A stretch of DNA of 64,000 bases from Elusimicrobiota bacterium (GTDB lineage Bacteria; Elusimicrobiota; Elusimicrobia; 2-01-FULL-59-12): the NCBI GenBank assembly GCA_041660185.1, contig JBAZWU010000001.1:338313-402312 (forward strand), written 5' to 3'. Shown here in pieces: positions 60,063 through 64,000 of the stretch. The translations under genes and the position numbers were made by a program. The notes under the pieces are model-generated. The model was not told where the DNA came from, ran no database searches, and saw only the letters and a list, made by a program, of their open reading frames with translations. How positions within the stretch are numbered: position 1 is the stretch's first letter; each line of letters starts with the position of its first letter.

Positions 60063-61472
60063 CTACTTGGACTTGACGAAATGATTGTTGGCGCTGTTGA
60101 TATGGGTTGAAAATCCCAAGTTGCTGTAGTGCAACCCCTCATGTTGCAGTACCTTGTGCGGAGCAAAGAGATGCCACGGGTCAAAGAAAATACCGGGTCT
60201 TCTCATTTTCTCTGCAAATTTAAGCAGATCGGCGTTCCGGTAGCGAAGGTGGTTCGTCATGATCACGACGCCGTCGGTCCCATCGAAGGCGTCCGCCACG
60301 TTCTTGACCGGCCGCACCCCGTGGGCCCGGATAATGGAAGAGGCAACGATCGGGTCATGCCCGATGAGCTGAATGCGATGACGCCGGAGGAAATCCACGA
60401 CTTCCATCGTCGGCGAAAAGCGGATATCCGCTGTTTCCGGATGACCTTTGAAAGCAAACCCCAGTATCCCGATGCGCGCCTGCCGCGGCGGCCGGCCGAT
60501 GGCCGACAAAAAGTTCAGCAGCCGGTCCGCGACATGGCGGGTCATCTTTTCGTTCACTTTTCGCCCGTGAAAAACGATATCCGGGTGATGCGGATGATTC
60601 CGGGTGCTGTAGAGCAAAATGAAAGGGTCCTTGGTCAGACAATAGCCGCCCACGCCCGGGCTTGGCGATGGAATATGGCTGCGCAGGTAGTCTTCATTGG
60701 CGGCGCGCACGACCTCGGCGGGATCGATATTGAACCCGTCGCAGATCAACGCGAGTTCATTGGCAAATCCAAAAAGAACGTCACGGAAGGTGTTATTGAA
60801 TAATTTCACAAGCTCGGCGGACTCCAGCGTGCTGACGGGGATAATCTTGGAAACAACGGGTTTGAACAGTTCCGTGGTTTTGGTCAAGGAGGTCTGATCA
60901 AATCCGCCGATGATCTGGGGGATGAGCCGAAGTTCCTTGAGAGCGTTTCCCTCAACGACCCGTTCAGGCGTGAACGCGACATAAAAGTCCTCCCCGACCG
61001 TCAATCCGGAGGACTTCTCAATAATCGGAATCAGGAGGTTGCGGCTGGTCCCCACAGGCACGGTCGACCGGAGAATCACGAGGTCCCCCCGTTTGATGAT
61101 CTTTCCGATCGATTGGGCCACGGTTTTGACGAATCCCAGGTCCGGCGATTTGGTGTCATTGGAGACGGGTGTCCCGACCGCCACGACGTATACATCGGCG
61201 GAGACATGGTCCGGTTCTTTGTAAATCGTGAGCCGTTTGCCCAGATGTTTCTTCAGGAGTTCTTTCAAGCCCTTCTCATGAAAATACGGCTGTCCTTTCA
61301 GGAGTTGACCGATTCCTCTTTTTCGAGGTTCGACGCCGATGACGTGATAGCCGCTTTCAGCAAAAATAACACTCATCGTCAGGCCGACGTAGCCAAGCCC
61401 GAAGATGCAAATAACGGGTTTGTGAGGCTTTGCGGGGCGGCCGGTTTGAGACGTCGTGGCGACGGTGTTCAT
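60063..61472 (-). CDS. nucleotide-sugar 6-dehydrogenase (UDP-glucose/UDP-ManNAc/GDP-mannose dehydrogenase family)
   Basis: N-terminal ICIFGLGYVGLT Rossmann motif, central and C-terminal UDPG_MGDP_dh domains. Confidence 0.85.
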   Translation of the reverse strand: MNTVATTSQTGRPAKPHKPVICIFGLGYVGLTMSVIFAESGYHVIGVEPRKRGIGQLLKGQPYFHEKGLKELLKKHLGKRLTIYKEPDHVSADVYVVAVGTPVSNDTKSPDLGFVKTVAQSIGKIIKRGDLVILRSTVPVGTSRNLLIPIIEKSSGLTVGEDFYVAFTPERVVEGNALKELRLIPQIIGGFDQTSLTKTTELFKPVVSKIIPVSTLESAELVKLFNNTFRDVLFGFANELALICDGFNIDPAEVVRAANEDYLRSHIPSPSPGVGGYCLTKDPFILLYSTRNHPHHPDIVFHGRKVNEKMTRHVADRLLNFLSAIGRPPRQARIGILGFAFKGHPETADIRFSPTMEVVDFLRRHRIQLIGHDPIVASSIIRAHGVRPVKNVADAFDGTDGVVIMTNHLRYRNADLLKFAEKMRRPGIFFDPWHLFAPHKVLQHEGLHYSNLGFSTHINSANNHFVKSK

Positions 61473-62449
61473 GATTTCTCCTCAGGGATCCAATTATAGC
61501 GGGGGCGGCCTTCAATATGTGTGGCAAAACGTCCTCGGTAGTAGTCTCTGTTCAGGAGTTCCTCGTGCGTGAGCGCACGCGTTCTCTGCCCGATCAGGCG
61601 TGTGAATTCCGGAATGGAATCATGGGCTTCCCTGAGGCGATCGTCCGGTGAGAGCGCGGCAAATTCAGCCAATTTCTTCACGTGGGTGGGGCCGATCGAT
61701 ATCGGGCCATCCTTGGTTTGTTCGGCCGGGAGGATCGTAAAGTGGCGTTCAATATAATCCGCACCGAGTGCGAGCGCGGCTTTGGAGGCTTTGATCCCGT
61801 CGACGGAGACGCGGGTATGGTCGGACCACCCGACGGCCGCGCTGAACTGGCGCAAAAAATCGAGACGGGCCAGATGGCAGTTGTCGAAGGTATTGGGATA
61901 GCGGGTGACGCAATGAAAGAAAACAACGTGTTTCTCTTTCAGGAACTCGGCGGTTCGGGCAATTTCCTCATCGTGTGTGGCTCCCGTGGAAACAAAAAAC
62001 GTGTCGAAATGCCGTTTGAGATCGGACAGCAGCGCGTAGCTTGCGCAATCGTAACTCGCGATCTTGACGAGACGTTTCGGCCAGGGGAGCGCCGCCACGG
62101 CGTCCACGGTCCCCCGTGTGAAGAGGGTCGTGAACGGAATCAATCCGCGGCGTTGGCATTCCTCAATAAACCACTGGTGGTCCTCCAGGCTCAGTTCAAG
62201 CGGTTTCAAGCGCTCGTATTCAAGCTGGTAAGGTCTTTTGATGGTTTCAACCAAACCCTGCGGCGTGGTTTTCCCTTCTTCGAAGCGTTCTCGCCGCGTC
62301 AAATCATTCGCCCAAATGGACTGAATTTTGGCGTAGGTCGCCCCGTTCTCGGCGGCGGCGTGAATCATTTCCTGAAGGAGGCTCCGGCTCCCCTTATGAT
62401 TCTGGCAAAATTCGACGATGAGCTGACCCCTGTTCAGTTTTCTCTCCAA
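61469..62449 (-). CDS. nonulosonic acid synthase (NeuB/PseI/LegI family)
   Basis: IVEFCQNHKGSRSLLQEMIHAAAENGATYAKIQ matches the NeuB N-terminal TIM-barrel block. Confidence 0.8.
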   Translation of the reverse strand: MERKLNRGQLIVEFCQNHKGSRSLLQEMIHAAAENGATYAKIQSIWANDLTRRERFEEGKTTPQGLVETIKRPYQLEYERLKPLELSLEDHQWFIEECQRRGLIPFTTLFTRGTVDAVAALPWPKRLVKIASYDCASYALLSDLKRHFDTFFVSTGATHDEEIARTAEFLKEKHVVFFHCVTRYPNTFDNCHLARLDFLRQFSAAVGWSDHTRVSVDGIKASKAALALGADYIERHFTILPAEQTKDGPISIGPTHVKKLAEFAALSPDDRLREAHDSIPEFTRLIGQRTRALTHEELLNRDYYRGRFATHIEGRPRYNWIPEEKS

Positions 62450-63603
62450 TGACAGCGTACGATTTCCTGTGCAGCCAGGCGGCTGCCGTCCAGCGTTCCG
62501 AACCGTTTGGTGAGCTTGTCCGAAAGAGCCTGAATATTTTGCCTGAGACTCCCGAGGCCCTGCAACGTTTGTGCAAGGGAATCAGGCCGATACACCCGTC
62601 CGATGGCCAGTCGTTCAATGCAGCGGTTGTTGAAAAATATTTCCGGATCATCGTCCGCGTCGTAGGGCGGAACGATGAGAGGGACTCCGGCCAGAATGGA
62701 AGACCATAGAGCTCCCCACCCGGAGCGCGCGAGGTGGGCAACGATCTTCTTGTTGCGAAGGGCGGAAGGCGGCGCATACCGGGAGCCCGGGATGACGTCG
62801 GGGCGGTTTGAATAAATGGCCATTCCAAGTTGAGATAGCGACGGGTATAAACGGTCCAGCCTGTCAATTCCTGATGCGCTGACGTAGATTCCTTGCTGTT
62901 CGACGGGAAAGGGGTCCTCGGGAAGGAACGCGGTCAATGGAATGTCCACGTGATGGGAGGCGGTTGTCTTGGGCGCGTCGGAATCGTCCCAAAAGGGCCC
63001 GGGGTGCGTCATCAAGTGGAGGGCCGGCGCGTCCTCGACTCGGTCAAAAGCGCGTTGCGCTGAACGCAGCAGATCCGTCGGGATGTTGAACGTGCCGCTC
63101 GTTTCGATCGATGCCCGGCGCAAGATTTCAGAACGATGCGCAAATGTAACGCAGTAGCTGGGAGCCACATCAAACCGCACGAGCGGTGAGCGCTGAAGTT
63201 CCATGGTGATGGATGGCCCTTGAATGGCCGTTTTCTCTCCGTGCAGGTTTTCAAGAACGATGGGTCCGCCCAGATGCTTCCGGCACTGCGCTTCGACCGA
63301 CGCGGTTCGCTCGCTCCACCCGCTCAAAAAGTCTCGGAACGGACCGCCCTGAAACAGGAGGGTGTTCAGGAGACGGCCGAGATCGGCATCCAGAAAGATG
63401 AGGCGGCTGGTCTCTTGGTTCTCGGGAGTTGCGAAAGCCTGGCGCATAATCTCGCGCTGCTTTTCGCCATACAGCCAGGGGACGATGATTCCCAGGGCCG
63501 GGCGATTCCAGGTGGAAAGGGTGCGGTTGAGCGCGACCGCGATTTCCGTGAGCCTCAAAAAAGGGCCATAACCATAGGAAATGTTCTCAATAATGTAATT
63601 CAC
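62434..63603 (-). CDS. hypothetical protein, possible GT-B fold glycosyltransferase (MurG/PseG-like C-terminal half)
   Basis: C-terminal ARSGWGALWSSILAGVPLIVPPYDADD resembles GT-B nucleotide-sugar binding segments. Weak evidence. Confidence 0.4.
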   Translation of the reverse strand: MNYIIENISYGYGPFLRLTEIAVALNRTLSTWNRPALGIIVPWLYGEKQREIMRQAFATPENQETSRLIFLDADLGRLLNTLLFQGGPFRDFLSGWSERTASVEAQCRKHLGGPIVLENLHGEKTAIQGPSITMELQRSPLVRFDVAPSYCVTFAHRSEILRRASIETSGTFNIPTDLLRSAQRAFDRVEDAPALHLMTHPGPFWDDSDAPKTTASHHVDIPLTAFLPEDPFPVEQQGIYVSASGIDRLDRLYPSLSQLGMAIYSNRPDVIPGSRYAPPSALRNKKIVAHLARSGWGALWSSILAGVPLIVPPYDADDDPEIFFNNRCIERLAIGRVYRPDSLAQTLQGLGSLRQNIQALSDKLTKRFGTLDGSRLAAQEIVRCHWREN

Positions 63604-63615
63604 GGATAGTCCCTT

Positions 63616-64000
63616 TTAACCTCCGCGGTGAAGTTCCCAGTATTGGTCCTGGCGCGAGAGTAGATCGGCGTGCGAACCTTGCTCCAGGATTCGTCCATCC
63701 TGCAGGAGCAGGATATGGTCGGCGTGTTCGACGGCTGCCAGGCGGTGGGTCACAATCAGGGTCGTATGCCCCTGGGAGAGGGCTTGAATGGCCTGCTGTA
63801 CGGCCCGTTCCGAGATAGGGTCGAGGGAACTGGTCGCCTCATCAAAGATATAGATCTCAGGTTTTCGGATGACGGCGCGGGCAATCGCGATACGCTGCTG
63901 CTGGCCTCCCGACAGTTTCATGCCGCGTTCTCCCACAACGGTCCGGTACCCCTCAGGGAAGCTCGTGATGAATTCATGGGCGTTGGCGATCCGAGCGGCT
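63616..64000 (-). CDS. ABC transporter ATP-binding protein, C-terminal part (MsbA-like exporter); gene runs off window end
   Basis: ABC signature LSGGQQQRIAIARA, Walker B IYIFDEATSSLD and H-loop TLIVTHRL. The frame is open to position 64000. Confidence 0.8.
   Translation of the reverse strand, partial: AARIANAHEFITSFPEGYRTVVGERGMKLSGGQQQRIAIARAVIRKPEIYIFDEATSSLDPISERAVQQAIQALSQGHTTLIVTHRLAAVEHADHILLLQDGRILEQGSHADLLSRQDQYWELHRGG

Overview
GC-rich bacterial chromosomal segment. The encoded biology points to a Gram-negative (LptFG) member of the FCB superphylum, given a T9SS C-terminal sorting domain. About 95% of genes are on the minus strand. The left half (1-36 kb) is housekeeping: a kinase-deaminase fusion and a translation operon (pheT-pheS-rplT-rpmI-infC-thrS, tRNA-Val) with an attenuator-like terminator before pheS. 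Then come a PMCA-type P-type ATPase with a decayed CaCA exchanger remnant, an aquaporin, a sensor kinase/response regulator pair, a tRNA cluster (Gly-GCC, Leu-GAG, Cys-GCA, plus tRNA-Leu fragments), secG-gpmA-pgk-gap, comF, a giant outer-membrane beta-barrel ORF pair that looks like one frameshifted SprA-like gene, lptF/lptG, an M6 metalloprotease with a T9SS sorting domain, ahcY/metK, and GDP-mannose synthesis genes. The right half (about 36-64 kb) is a roughly 27-kb surface-glycan island. It contains a WbaP-like initiating transferase, more than 10 glycosyltransferases (GT2, GT4, GT26), two Wzy/WaaL-like membrane proteins, two Dpm1-like GT2/GT-C membrane protein pairs, NeuA/NeuB-type nonulosonic-acid genes, methyltransferases and a partial ABC exporter. 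Four copies of a bipartite GC-rich palindromic repeat sit in intergenic gaps. No CRISPR array, rRNA or clear transposase was found. All calls rest on motif recognition by eye; no database search was possible.
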